A program made the translations under genes and the position numbers. Positions 1 to 16,165 of a DNA stretch of 64,000 nucleotides are shown piece after piece; position 1 is the first letter of the stretch, and each line of letters opens with the position of its first letter. Source of the stretch: the human T2T-CHM13v2.0 reference genome, Homo sapiens; NCBI RefSeq assembly GCF_009914755.1, contig NC_060934.1. One strand, given 5' to 3'. The notes under the pieces are model-generated. The model was not told the origin of the DNA. It saw only the letters and a program-made list of their open reading frames with translations, and did no database searches.

Positions 1-199
1 GGCAGAGTGGAGTTCTGCCTCCTCCATTTCAGGTCCTATCTAAGGGCATTTTGCTTTGCCTCTTTGGGCTTCACTCCTCTTCTGCAAGGAATGAAATAAT
101 AAGACCAGCTTTGGGGCTATGACAATGACAATGTGATACGTGTAAAACCTTAGGTACACAGAGGAATCAAGTCCTTCGTCATTGCCGATGCTTTTCCAA

Positions 200-290
200 A
201 GCTCTGCCCACACCCCTTATAAATAGTTCCTTCATTAAAATCGCCTTAAATTACCTGATTTAAATGTGCCATATGTTTTCTGCCAGGCCT
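200..290 (+). mobile_element. LTR33-like (ERVL) LTR 3' end fragment
   Basis: tgcccacacccc..taaatagttccttcattaaa..ttacctgatttaaatgtgccatatgttttctgccagg resembles the recalled LTR33 3' end; boundaries approximate. Confidence 0.55.
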
Positions 291-989
291 CCAAAACGCT
301 CAGTAAATGACATTTTCCTTTCCTTATCTTCCCCACCTTGCCCCTAATATGCCATTTTCTACCTAACAAAAACTCACTTCTTTTAAAAATATAACCCTTT
401 ACTCTCTAATGTTTAATTACTTCCATATCATCTCAATGTTGAACTTGGTCTCTATAAGCCTGGTTTACCCAAATTATAGATTCTGGCACCATGTCTGACT
501 AAATCTGTATTTGAAGTTTCTAAATGTCTCACTGATTTACAAGGTCATAAAATCTCCAGGCTCAAAGCACCCTTAGATTAGCTAAGCCAACATTTCCCAA
601 AATGTGTTCCACAAAACACTGTGTGTTCCCGGAAAAGTTAGCAGGAATGCAGCAGAAAATGTGTTCCAGGGTCTCGCAAGTTTGCAACATCCACGGAGAC
701 TCTCAGAGACTTTCAATGACATATTTAGGCATCTGAAAAGTCTTGCCCAAAAGAATCCTATTTAAATTAGCCAAAGCAGCATTTCATCAACTTATTTGGC
801 CACAGAGCCCCTCACCCACCCCAACCCTTAGGGTACCCATTAACATCCTGCATCATAAATGTTCATAAAATACCCCTAGAAGGGGAGAGAAGACAGACAA
901 ATTCACTTTCCCAAAGTCAGAGAGTAAATGGTGAAGCTGGCTTCAAACCCAGGTCTCTTAGACCCTCAGTCCCCTGCTCTTATCACTAC

Positions 990-1160
990 ACTAAAGGTTC
1001 TCAAAAGTCAGCATACAGCACAGCCACGAGCAGGGCTTGTCAAAGGGCAGACTGCTGAGCTCTGGCCCCAGACTTTCTATCTACTTCAGTGGGTATGAGC
1101 GCATTTGTAACTAGTTCCCAGGTGATCCTGCTGCTACAAGGCACCTGTCGAGAACCACTG
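990..1160. mobile_element. MER5A-like hAT-Charlie MITE, degenerate
   Basis: aggttctcaaa ... ttcccaggtgat ... gagaaccactg termini typical of MER5. Confidence 0.55.
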
Positions 1161-1874
1161 AACTACATCCATCTGTAGGGGTACAGGAGATGGGTGGCAC
1201 CTTGCCCTAAAGAGTAAAGACCTAGTGGGTGGCCGAGGCATAAACACGTGAAAACACCTAAATGACAAAAGGTTTAAGGAACTACACTTCAACATACAAT
1301 GCCATATCTAACTAACTGCCAAAAATTCCAGAGTCAAAGAATTACAAAAGTTAGACAGAACTGAGCTAGACCTTGAAGGATAGAAAGGTCTGTATAAGAA
1401 AGAGATGAATGCTTTCCACGGGAAGAGCATTCCAAGTGGAAACAATGGTTCCTATTATCCCAATATTTGTGTTTGTAAAATCATAGCTTTTGGAGCTGGA
1501 AGAGACCTGGCCTGTATGTCTTTGGAAAACACTCTAATTCTTACATTTAAATATGGGTGTGACTGCTATCTCAAAAATTCACAGCAAAACACTTAATGCA
1601 AAATAGAGTAGTTCCTCTACAAATAAGTGATTTGGAGGAGTTAGCAAAGGTCTTCCTGCTCCCTTTCCATCTGCAGCTTTACTTCCTCAGGTCACCACCC
1701 CCACTGCCTTGTAGTCCATCCCCAACAACCTAAACCAAGGACCACTAAATCTGCAAGTCAACAGTTCATGCTTTCCTTGGAAAGTGGGGAGCAAAGTAGT
1801 CAAAATAGTTCTCATGCAAGTGCCTTTCTAATAGAGCTTCGATGAGATGAAACAGTTTCTTGACATCGCCTCTA

Positions 1875-2293
<419 letters not shown>

Positions 2294-2610
2294 CTATTAT
2301 CACTTCAGGGGCTACCATTCACCACTGTGCCCCCAATTCTGATTTTGCAAAGCTGTTGCTAGTTACTGCTGTCAGAGAAATAGTAATGACTTCTTTGGAG
2401 TAGGGAGATGATAAGCCTGCCTCTAATTCACTCATGTACAGGCATTTATTCATTGAACATTTGGTTAACATTTAAGGTAGGATGCTATTGACAACAATTG
2501 AGCTGTAAACTGCCCTCCCAGTAAAGGCAGAAAAAGCGCACTGGTAAATCATAGGGCATGAGTCAGGAGGAGAGTGGAGAGGAGGAACGCTGAGGTTAGG
2601 GTGGAGGAGG

Positions 2611-2903
<293 letters not shown>

Positions 2904-3039
2904 AGGGTGAAGGAGGGTACTTCTAGGGGACCGTGAGGCAGTGACAGGAGGAAGTGGAAGGCAGGAGAGGGAAGGGAAGAACAGATGGCCCTTGAGCACC
3001 TGCCCTGTGCTGCATACTGCTGAGTCCTTCACCTACTCT

Positions 3040-3210
3040 CTCCTGTTATCCTCATAAAGCTCCATGAGGTGGAACAATTTGTAAATGGAGAACCAAAGCT
3101 TTGGAAGCTTAAGTGACTTGCCCATGGTCAGACAGCTAACAAACCCCGATGTGGCAATTTTAGCTCTGGTTTGTCTAAATCCAACTGGTAGTCTTTTAAG
3201 GTGATGTAAG
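3040..3210 (-). mobile_element. MIR fragment
   Basis: ttaagtgacttgcccatggtcagacagctaa MIR core; boundaries approximate. Confidence 0.7.
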
Positions 3211-3908
3211 GCCCTGGAACATCCACCTCCAAAGTCGACTAAAACAGGGTGAGGACACTTTGCAGTCTTTTCCAAAGATTCAACTTATAACTTAAAACAT
3301 GATGAAATAATTCACTAAATATCGAGACATACATACACATGAGCTATATATTTGCCTAAATGTAAATATTTAAGTATTGTAAGATTCTAAATTAACTATG
3401 AATGGAGCGGCAGCGGTTGGGGTTGGGAGGGGAGTCAGACCATTTGTTTAAAATTATCACCACTGACAATACATTTTATGCCTCTAAAGGGGTTTGAACC
3501 CATGAGTACAGTGGCCTGAAAAACCATCTTCCTTATTCTCCAGGATGTTACACAAAAGTAACAAGGGAATGATGAAGGACAGGAGGACAAATGTGACATC
3601 TGAATAAATCAAGGAGACCGATGTAACCCACAGACCCAACAACTGTGGTATGGCTTCTGAAAGCTACTGAGATGGTTCAGAAACAGGCAGAGATAAGAAT
3701 AGCTTAGGATTCATGTGTTTCCAGATCATATGAAACAACACTAGTAAATACAAACAGGCCTGTCTACATGTCCAGCACAGGTCTATAAGCTTAGATAGAC
3801 TAGTGATTTTAACCGTTACATCCTACCGACAAGATAAATACTATCTTACAAATGAGGACACTTAGACACAGACAGATAAAGTAACTGGCCAAGACCATAT
3901 ATACCTCA

Positions 3909-4243
<335 letters not shown>

Positions 4244-4339
4244 TTAAACTCAGGCCCTTGGGCTCCAGAGCCCTGCTTGTAACCACTGAGACAGACCACC
4301 TATCCTACAGTAGATGTACAAAATTATTCATTATATAAT

Positions 4340-5000
<661 letters not shown>

Positions 5001-6504
5001 AACATTTTTACTAATTTTTAAATTTTGCACATGGTCAATTTTGTATATCACCTACTTATTTAAAGCAAATTCAAAAACAAATTAAAACTGTTTTCCAACC
5101 TAATGCACAGTTTTGGGGAAGATGGATAGAATAAAAGTAATCAGAATGGTCTCTTATGACAGACATCCTCTATCCATTCCTTAGAGAGAAGTGAATAACT
5201 TCCTGCAATTTTTCACAGTAGAGATTCTGAAATGCTTAGAAAAAAAAACAAAAAGCCATTCACTTTCCTCAGCCCAGACATTTGTTTCTTAAAAATGCAG
5301 TGGACAGATAGCAGGAAAGAACTCCCTGTAAAGATTATAGGAAGAGAGAGTTCAATGTTTGTGCATGGGTATATGTGAGAGATCATAAGAAATCCTTAAA
5401 AAAAATAAACATGGCAGGTAATGAACCAGCACCACCACTGTGTGGCTGAAATAGAAATGGGTATGTCACCTCCATGCCACCAAAGAAACGGAGTCTCTCG
5501 TGTCCTACAAAGCATGCGAGGCATCTTGCCTTGCCAAATTTAAACAGCGATATTATTTTTAAGCTACTATAATTAGTCTCCATTTGTCTGTGAATCAGCC
5601 TTTATGAGGCAATAGCATCTAAGCCCCATCAGATGAAACATGAAGCCACATCATGTCTGTTTATTATTTTGAAAAGAGAGGGTGCCAAGTTTCCTGTAAC
5701 ACCCAATTCAAACACTGAAATTTGGAGGACAGAATGTCCTGTTGTCCACGTTTGAAGATAGGAATATATTTTCATCTAATACATCAGAGCCCCAGGTTCA
5801 GCTGGCAACAGGAAGGAATTGAATTCCACAGCTCAAAAATAGGACTTAAGTACTAAAGCACCTTTCTTTGCTCATATAGGATAATATTTATGTTTTAACC
5901 CCTCATGTGGCAGCATGTTTTAAAGTGCCCATGTTTGTGAACAAACATGAGAACGTTTTAATCTAAAGATAACTGCCTAGGTGACAAGAGATTGGCAAGT
6001 GTTTTAAAGCTATGTTTACACTCCCTGATATATGGTTCTCCTAATTAAGTTTCTCAAGAGCAATAAAGAGTTTCTATTGCAAACAGAAAGGTAGGGGGAG
6101 GGGAGCATTCCTATTTAAGCCTGAGCTTCCCGCAAATGACATGGCTCCCCTAAGGGGTTCTGAAATCAGGTATTGGAATATAGTAGAATCTTCTGGTCTC
6201 CAAAGGAAGTCCAGCCAGAGAGCAGGTAACACTAACTTTAATGCAGTTAGAATCTGTAAGAGGTTTAAACTGGCTGCCTCAGTAAGCCCCAGAGACCCAA
6301 TGAGAGGGCACAAGCTCAATGCCATCATTCACAAAGAACATCAGTTAGCAGTATGCCAGCAGATCTGGCACATGGTGGTGGGGGTGGTGGTGCAGAAGAG
6401 GGAGATACCCTAGTCACTTGTCTTCAGATTTATTACAGTAAAGCCTTAATATCTTCATGCCCTCGATAAATGTGTATAGGCACACCTGTATCTTTTATAG
6501 CAAG

Positions 6505-7145
6505 TACCATGGGTTCTAGTTTCAGTTATAACATTTACTAGCCAGGTTCCCTTCAGCCAACCACTTTAACCTTTCAGAACTCCATTTTTCCCCCTCAAAT
6601 ACGAAACAAGCAATAACAACAAATAGGGAATGAGGCAGTGGGGAGTAATACTTGCCCTGTATCTAACCTCACAGGATTTCTATAAGAACCAAAATGAAAT
6701 AATTAATAATAGTTTCACAGTCTTTAAGGTTTAGCAAACATGTATATAATGTTTTCTTATGGCTGGGATGAGGTGCTTGACAATTCTCACATCTAACAAC
6801 CCTCTGTAAAGGTACTATTATTATCCTTGTTTTGTAGATAAGAAAATTAAGGCCCAGAGAGGTTCAATAACTTGCTGGAAGTTATGATACTAGGAAGGGG
6901 GATTTGAACTTTAGCAGCCTGACTCGAGTTTGTGGTACTATATACCACAATATGCAGCCTGTCATAATTATCATATGAACATTAATATTATATAATAACT
7001 AAATTTATGTTTATCTCAATTTCACAAATGAAGAAAATGAGGCTCAGAGAGGTAAGTCACAAGCCAAGATCATCGAGCAGGCAAATGGCAGAGCCAGGAT
7101 TTGAAACTTAAGTCTATGTGACTGCAGACCCTGAACTCTCAACCA
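6505..7145. mobile_element. Cluster of three MIR fragments, mixed orientation
   Basis: acctcacaggatt..., ggcccagagaggttcaataacttgc, aatgaggctcagagaggtaag..gccaagatc. Confidence 0.7.
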
Positions 7146-8047
7146 CAAAGTTAATAAACTTCAATCCACAAATATTGACTCTGCATCTACTGCGCTCCAG
7201 GCTCCGTGTTCTAAAACACTATTCTTTTTTTAAAAAAAGATAAGGTGGCAGTTATTCGCCCAGGAGCTAAAAGGTTTTCACATCATCTCCAGGCCAGATC
7301 AGCCCCACCCCCACTCTCCAGGGCAAAGTCCCAGCCTCAAACAGCAGGTGCCCAGTGATAGCTGATGCCAATAACGACAATGATGACAGAAATATTTTAA
7401 ATGTTGGGCTCTTGCTTTAAAAGGGAATTAGACTACTCAATTTCCAGGGCAAAAACGTCCTACAGGGCAAAATGCTGTTTCTAAAACAATGTGAACAGGT
7501 GTGGCCTATCTCAACAGGTGAAATATTTGAGGAACATTGTTCAGTCCTACCAGCCTTTCAACTCCCGAGGTAGGTTTGGCCCAATTCAACCTGGTTCTTC
7601 CCGGGCTTTCCTGATAGTCTTTTATCCCAGGGAAACCCCTCAGTTGGTCACCCTAGAGAGCAAGGACTAGGTTTTATACTCTTGACCAATACAAACACAC
7701 ACAGTGGTTCTAGCACAGTGCCTTGCAAATAAAAGGACCTAATGTCTTAGTGGATTCAATGGATGGAACAATATTTTATTATTTTCAAAGTACACTCATT
7801 TCCACTTCATAAGTGTTGCCAAGCAGCAGTCCCTGCACTGCTAAAATGATGATGTGAGAATCATTTTAATTAGCACTTTCATTGTTTGTATGCAAATGCA
7901 CATTCCTAAAGTGGGTTCTTTAGAAAGCTTTCCTAAATCGACATCCCTCACAGTGATTTTTCTCCTTAAATCTTTTTCCATAGACAGTAAAGAGATAAAT
8001 TTCAATCCAGCCTGAGTCTTAATGATCCTGAATCTTTAATAATGGAA

Positions 8048-8088
8048 TTAAGGTGCTTTTCTTAAGCACCTTAAGAAAAGCACCTTAA
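8048..8088. repeat. Perfect 19-bp inverted repeat with 3-nt loop
   Basis: ttaaggtgcttttcttaag-cac-cttaagaaaagcaccttaa. Confidence 0.95.
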
Positions 8089-8930
8089 GAAAAGAATGGC
8101 AAGTCTAAAATGAGGAAATGTGAGGCACTTCCAGGCACCAAGATAGAGCTACTCCTTTGACTCAGTCATCCCAAAATAGGATGGGTGACTCCAAAAGAGA
8201 GCACACTCCCAACACCGAGCTGCAGAAAAGTGAACAGTTTGGCGGCCTGAGTCCCCCCCGGGACAAACCTGAGAGTCTTCAGAGTCATCACAAACTTTCC
8301 GACCTCCTCCTCTTTTCCCTTCCCCAAATACTCCCAGCTCAGGGAACCTGAACTCTCTGCCAGCCCACCCCTAGCCTGTTCCTTCCTTTCGTCTCTGACC
8401 TAGGGGCTGGGCAGCCTCGGTCTTGTACCTCAGCTCAGGGAGAGGCCCAGATGGTCCTGGAGAACTCAACCCTGGCAGAGGCATTGGTGGACCCACCCAG
8501 CCCTGCCCTGGGTGGGAGTCCTGAAGAGCTGGTCTCTTGGGGAGTAGGAGTGGGAATAAGTTCTGGGTGGTCAGCACAGCTGAATCCTGATCTGAGTCAC
8601 TAACACAGCCCTGTATGGTTATGCCTGGGAGCCCAGAAAGCCAGTCACAGCTTAAAATTAGAGAGAACACCATGGGGAGAAGCAAAGTTTTTGGAAGGGC
8701 AAATGAGGAGTCAGAGGTTATCTGAGCTTGGAGAAAAACTCTGTGGTCCAAAGAGGGTGGGGAAATTTGGGAGCCAGGAAAGCACTAGAAAATCTTTTAA
8801 GGGGCTGCAAAGCACTCCTAACATTGGAATGCCCTATTTGCATGTCTAGGCCACAGGAAGAAGGAATGGAGTCAAAGCTGAACAAAGGACAGCAGCATTT
8901 ATGGTCAGAGGAAAGTCCAAAAGGCTAAGG

Positions 8931-9043
8931 CAGGGGTGTCCAATCTTTTGGCTTCCCTGGGCCATATTGGAAGAAGAAGAATTGTTTTGGGCCACACATA
9001 AAATACACTAATGCTAGTGATAGCTGATGAGCTAAAACAAAAC

Positions 9044-9080
<37 letters not shown>

Positions 9081-9179
9081 CCCATATTGTTTTAAGAAAG
9101 TTTACAGATTTGTGCTGGGCCACATTCAAAGCTGTCCTGGGCCACATACAGCCTGCAGGCCTTGGGTTGGACAAGCTTG
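8931..9179 (+). mobile_element. MER30 (hAT-Charlie MITE) containing a (CA)n microsatellite
   Basis: caggggtgtccaatcttttggcttccctgggcca ... gggttggacaagcttg; 8-bp TSD-like ggctaagg/ttctaagg; (CA)n at about 9044-9079. Confidence 0.9.
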
Positions 9180-11129
9180 TTCTAAGGTCTGGGAAGAGTT
9201 AAAACATAAGAAATTGAAATAACCATTAGGTTTTTTGTTTTGGAGGTTCTTTTTTAAAAATCTATGATCAGACCAAGAAGAAAACAAAGCGTATGATAAC
9301 AGACCTGCTTGAAGAAGCCCTCGTCATATTATAAGAGAAGCCACTCTTCCTCGTGTTGTTTCCACCTCCACCAACTATGAGAATGATCTTACTGGAAAGG
9401 GAGACTCTGGTAAGAGGTGACTGAGGCAGAAGACAGGTGTGGAGCTAGGAGAGTCGCAGCCCCTTTAAGTGAGAGCTACTCCTTTTTGGGTTTTCAGGCT
9501 CAGGTGAACCACATCCATAGACAGCTAAAAGAATCTGAACTGTCACTGATGAATCACTATCAGTAATCCTTCAGAAACCTCTGAGAAAAGGAAAGGTGAT
9601 GAAATTGAGGAACTAAATAATTAACACTAAGAAGGGTCTAGAAGTATACACTAAGAAGCTTGGGATCAACATCCTGAAGAATTCTAGCCTGGAATATTAA
9701 ATAGATGAATACCTATGAAAAGAAAGTGATGACTCTATTTTGGTGTCACTCCAAAAACTGACACAGGCTCACTGTCAAAAGGTATCAATTAATTTCCCTT
9801 TTTAAAAATAGAATTAGACCAGTAGCTCAGATGAGCGTAACTTCACAGACAGGATCCCAACACAGTTCTGGGACCCCCACAGAGCCCCTTCTCTCTCATT
9901 TATAACCACAGTTCCCTGGCACCACACAGGAAAATTATGCACATCTGGAGGAGAGGAGAGCTTGAGGTTAGGGTGCAAGGAAGGCTGCCACTTAGGATAT
10001 CCCCTAAAGGTCACAGCCAAGCAGTGTGATGGCTGACACCTTAGAAATACATGCTTGTTAAGGCCTGCTAGTCCAAGCTGGATCAGTCTCCAGACTGTCA
10101 TTCTCAAAACTAGCCAGCATAAAGACCACTGCTGGCAGGAGGGGAAGGGGGATGTTAAGAATATTTTAAGTGTGGTGACACCCTTCTCACTCAGTGACCT
10201 GTGACTGCCAAGCCAAGATCCCTGAATGGAAACGCCTGGTTGGAACTCCTTCTTAGCTCATCAGTGAGACAAGCATCTTTGGAGCTATTTTTTCCAAGGA
10301 AGGGGACGTCCCTGAAGGAAATGAGTAGATGCCAAGCAGAGAATATAGCAAATCAAAATACTTCCTGACACAGCCAAATCCTTGGCTGATGTACTTCCAG
10401 CTCAATGCCTGGAACTCAAGACCAGCCCAGGGAGGATCAGACACAGGCTCCCATGTGGCTAGAAGCGAAGAAGGTCCAAAGTGGCTTCAGAAATCTCTAA
10501 GACTGAAGACACCGGGCTTGTTCCAAGCCATAGGATTTCCAAGCTAAAGGGAAGATCGTACATCATCTTCTTACTTTAAAAAAAAAAAAAAAAAAAAAGG
10601 TGAGGGGAATATACAAGCGCTAAGGGAAACAATATTGCAGAGCTCCTTAAAGTGGTGAAGGATTTAAAGACTGTTCTTCAGAGCCCTTTTCCCCAAAGCG
10701 ACATTTTTAGCCATGCACTGTTTAGTTAATTAACAGAGGAGACCAAAGGTTCAAACCAATCAGCCCCACTCCCAGCATTCAGTCCTGGAACTGACCCTGA
10801 GGTACTTCAGACCAGGGTGATGGGGAGAGAGGTCAGATGATCCGTGGCGATCTGGAACCAACCTCACAAAACTGCGTCATCCATGGACAGGCTGTAAGGG
10901 AACTAGCCACACCCCAGCCTCAGTCACGCTGCAAATTTAACCCTAAACAGAACATACTAAACATCAGTGTTGCTCAAAAGCTCGGAGACGCACTTTGGAG
11001 AAGGGAGGTGTACAAACAAGCATTTCTAGATGGCCGTCTTGTATGCCATCTTCCAGGGATGGGTCCAGAAACCAGCAGATATACTTTGGTTTGTTTTTTT
11101 TAACTGACACAAAATGGTTCGGAGACATG

Positions 11130-11134
<5 letters not shown>

Positions 11135-11178
<44 letters not shown>
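11135..11178. repeat. (CT)n microsatellite
   Basis: About 22 uninterrupted CT units. Confidence 0.97.
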
Positions 11179-11181
<3 letters not shown>

Positions 11182-11649
11182 GATTCCCTTTTCAATGCTC
11201 TGTTGGTTCTTCTGCTTGCCCCAAGAAAGAAACCTCCATCGTGCACTACCAGTCTTCAACACATGCTAAATCGGGGCAATGTGGAGACAGGGGAGGCAGT
11301 GATGGCAGCCAGGAGGGGACGGGCTGAAGCAAAAGACACTGAATACTTGAAACCACAAATCCTGAATCTGCAATTCCTCTATTTACTTAGAAACAGTTGC
11401 TGATGCTTACCCTGCCCAAAGATAAACTAGGACAAACCGGAAAGGGAAGGGGAAGCAGTGAGGTAAGGCCTGTTGTAAACCTGGCTCCATGCACGCAGAG
11501 GAAAAGCTCCCCGCGTGGTCAGAACATAGTTTTCCTCCCGATGAGAAAAGTTAGATAACAGTACGAATAGTGATATTAGGCTGTATCCAGGCACTAAGCA
11601 GACGCAGAGGGCTGCTGTCTTCACACACATAAAAGACATTTGGAGAACA

Positions 11650-11840
11650 CTGTGGTGTGGTGGAAAGAGCATGGCATTTGGAGTCAGAGGAGGTGAACTT
11701 GAGTCCTGGCTCAGCCTAGGACAAGCTGTGTGACTTCAGGCCAGGCATTCAACCCCTCTGAGTTTCAATTCTCTGTGAACTATGAAACAAATGACTTAGA
11801 CTAGCTGATCTTGTAGGTGTCTTTCAGCTCTATCATTCTG
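11650..11840 (+). mobile_element. MIR
   Basis: gtggtggaaagagcatggcatttggagtcaga..gagtcctggctc..gctgtgtgacttcagg..ctctgagtttc. Confidence 0.8.
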
Positions 11841-11869
11841 TTATGCTACTAATGATGCAACAAAAGAGT

Positions 11870-12240
11870 TATGCATCCACTCAGCAAGCATTTCATGAAC
11901 ACATTCTGCATGCCAGGTCCTCCGCTGGGTACGAGGCACAATCTTGCACCCAAGGAACCTTCCAATCCACATATGCGAGAGACTTACAAATGAGTCTGTA
12001 CAGTACAAAGGGAGAGATGCATGCACAGGGTGAAGGGTTCCAGCAGAGGAGAGGGCAGACAGCAATCAGAAACAGTTGCCCGGGAGTGATTCCTGGGCTA
12101 ACACTTGAGGTAGGAGGTAATTAGGCCAAAGGAAAGAAAAAAAGGAATAGTATGTACACATGATAGTATGCACTCAGGAATGGCCCAGTAGGGCATGTGG
12201 GGTGGGAGGAGTGCTAAGAGATCAAAGGCCTTATAAGCCA
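11870..12240 (-). mobile_element. L2 fragment
   Basis: catccactcagcaagcatttcatgaacac (L2 3' end, antisense); boundaries approximate. Confidence 0.55.
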
Positions 12241-14703
12241 AACTAAGAAAAGCTACTGCCAAGCACCCCCGGGGCCCCTGTACCTCCCCTGCTGTTCACC
12301 TCAACAACTCCCTATATGGCCACATCAGGGTCAGAAACAGCTCCTCCAAGTCCCCTTATGTCAACAGCCAAGCAACCATCCCACCCCTGCCCCCAGCCCT
12401 CTCCTTTTGTCCCTGAGTCTCATCTAGCTCCACCTGCCGCCCTACACATCCAGGCCACACCTGCTGACACAGAAGCTTCCACTCAGTCACCCAGCAGGCC
12501 TTGCTTTCAGCTCTTGCTCAGCCCCCAATGCCCAACCCATGTCAGCTGTTCCAAATAGTTTCCATCTTCCTCAAAGCCACAATCACATCCCTCCCACCCA
12601 CCCCAATCTCATGCTTAGTCGATGATTCCTACCTCCTCTGTTCCTGGGAATGACTGTCCAGCACAACTCCCATAGCAACCCTCCTGCCCACCTGTCCTAA
12701 GTTCCTTTCTACATGGTGCAGACAAAACCACGTATATCTCTGCTTACAAGCACAACAGAAAGCAAAGAGAAACACTCTATGAAGAAATAGAGATTGCATT
12801 CATCAATCAATGCATCAATGCAGGCTGTTGCCCATGCATGTGACTGGGCTCTGAAACAAGCACACTTAGGTGGGATAAGGTATATGAATGTACTCCGCAT
12901 GCCAAAAGGCCCTGTGTAAATATTAGAGCTACTCCATATGTGTTGGTTGAATAAATGAATAAACAAATCAATGAATTTGAGGCAATCTAAAGAGCTGCAA
13001 AATACACAGTATTATCAGGCTTAGGAACCAGGAACACAGTCTAGAATTCAGCCAAGAAGATCCTTTCTAAAACCAGAGTTTTCAAAACTCTGGTCCCTCC
13101 TTTGCTCCTACACACACAGCCCACTTAATGCCAACCTGAGCAGTGCTGAATCATTCTAATGATGTATTTTGGCTATTTTGGAAATAACTTCCTAAAACAA
13201 TATATTTAGTATAAAATACAAGCACAACAGGTTTAGTATATTGCACATATAGTACACTATACTTTGTGGGTGTGTATATACATTTGTACCATGCTCTAAG
13301 TGCCATTATAAGCTCTTAGCCAATGACTGCTAACACAGGCCCACAGCAAAACACCCCCTGCAGCCTCCATTACACCATCCTGTGCTGAGCATGTTCTACA
13401 AAATGTTTTGTTTTCTCTGCTAAAGCCTCTGTGCCATTTAATTTTTGTCCTGGTCACAATTTTGACTCATCAGAGCCAAGAGATGGTGTTCAACTGGCTT
13501 TGGACCCACCACAAAAAAAAATTAAGAAACAATATAACCCAGGATTGTAAAATCCAAGTATTAGGGTAGTCCAAGTCTCATGAGCACCGGTGAAGACGGG
13601 TAGGCTTACAGACCTGAGAGCTCTAGTCATCAGAAATATTCTGCGGGATGACAAGAAGATGAAAACTCTCTGCCTGGGGTTTACTCTGTACCATCTACTA
13701 AACAGAGCTACAGAATTTCCTCTCAGTGCGGCAAGTTCAGGATAATACCATGAGCTGGTGAGTACATAACTCACTATATTTAGTTCTTCTTTCGTGTTTA
13801 TTACTGGCAGCCATGAGAAATAAACGATGACATTAGGAACCCATCTCTACTGAGACTCTGCCCTTTGAACCCCACAGAAGTTGTTACATGGCCAGTACTC
13901 CAGGTTTACCCAGCACTGAGTATGTGCAGTATGTGACAGAATAGTGGAATTCTAGAATGTCAGAGCTTGAGGAAGGCCCAGACATGATCTCATTTATCTC
14001 AGAAACAACTAAAGCTCAGAGACAGCAGGTTGCTGTAGAGTTGGTGGCAAGTCACGTATACCAACAGTCTGATGAACTCTCACCCCAAAACCAAGAAGCC
14101 AAAAATGAAAAAGGTTGAAATTCAGTCTCCATCTGGGCTAGCATTTAGTCTTCAGCAGTCTACAAGAATGATTTCAGAAAGGAAACGACGACATGAGAAG
14201 AAACAGAAACTGTGGATCATGATGGCTCATAAAATAGGAATGACTCGGATTAAGTTCAGTTATTCAAGTTTTAGGTTGGTTGGGCTTTCTTGGTGGTGGT
14301 GGTGGTGTGAAATTCCTTTTCTAGAATCTACAGATGCTTTAGAAGGTACCAGACCCAAAAACTAATTCTTTGTTTCATTAAAACACTGGTGACTTCTGTT
14401 GTCCAGTTTTATATTTTTGTCTGACTATTAAAAGGAAAAAAACCTAAGAAACATTCAACTCCTTTGAGTTCAGTAGTTCACTTCTATTTGAAAAATAAAA
14501 TGAAAATATTTAAGAGCAAATGTAATTAGTAAATTTGTATAAATGTTCCCAACATGGTATTTTTGTGAGTAAATCACATTATACAAAGGACATTATATGT
14601 TTCAAAACTAATATAATGACTTGATATTTGTAAAGAATACTTTTTAAAAATTACATTGTTGCTTTCTTTCCTTCCTCTTAGTTAAAAACACACAAATTCC
14701 ATT

Positions 14704-15010
<307 letters not shown>

Positions 15011-15103
15011 TAAAACACACAAATTTATTTAAAGAAAAAAATATTTGTTTCACCCTACTGTCCCAACATTTTTTTCCCTATCATTTAAATTTTAGTTTCC
15101 TTA

Positions 15104-15466
<363 letters not shown>

Positions 15467-15875
15467 TTAAACGAACAGTAAGTCAGGGGTGACAAAACCA
15501 AAAGCCTGAGAGGATCAAACAGGTAGCAAACAGGTGATGTGGGGACCACAGCAAATTGGACTCCCTCCTGAGGGGGCAACCTCTGTTCCATTCCAGCCCA
15601 CTGTCCCATGCAAGAATAGAGCCCAGTACTGCTAGATATTCTAGTTTTTCATGAGTAGTTAGAAATCAAATTATGTAAGATTTTCTGATTTTTAAAACTC
15701 TGGCCACTACTTTAAAAACTTTTAAAACACTGGTGTTTTGTGGCCAGCTAGCTTGCAATCTGGCCACAGAAGACAAAATGCTATAAATATGATAAATTCA
15801 GGGAACAAATAAATACAATGTCCAGAAACATGAAATCTGCTGGAAAATGAAATTAGCTGTTAGAAAACAAAAAGG

Positions 15876-16165
15876 GGCTGGGCGTGGTGGCTCACACCTG
15901 TAATCCCAGCACTTTGGGAGGCAGAGGTGGGTGCACAGCTTGAGCCTAGGAGTTCAAGACCAGCCTAGCCAACATGGTGAAATCCTGTCTGTACAAAAAA
16001 ATACAAAAATTAGCTGGGCATGGTGGCACACACCTGCAGTCCCAGTTACTAACGGGGCTGATTGGGAAGACTGTTTGAGCCTGGGAGGTCGAGGCTGCAA
16101 TGAGCCATAATCGCACCACTGCACTCCAGCCGGGACAACAGTGCGAGACCCTGTCTCAAATAGAA
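15876..16165 (+). mobile_element. Alu (AluJ-like)
   Basis: ggaggtcgaggctgcaatgagcc; TSD-like aaacaaaaag. Confidence 0.94.
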
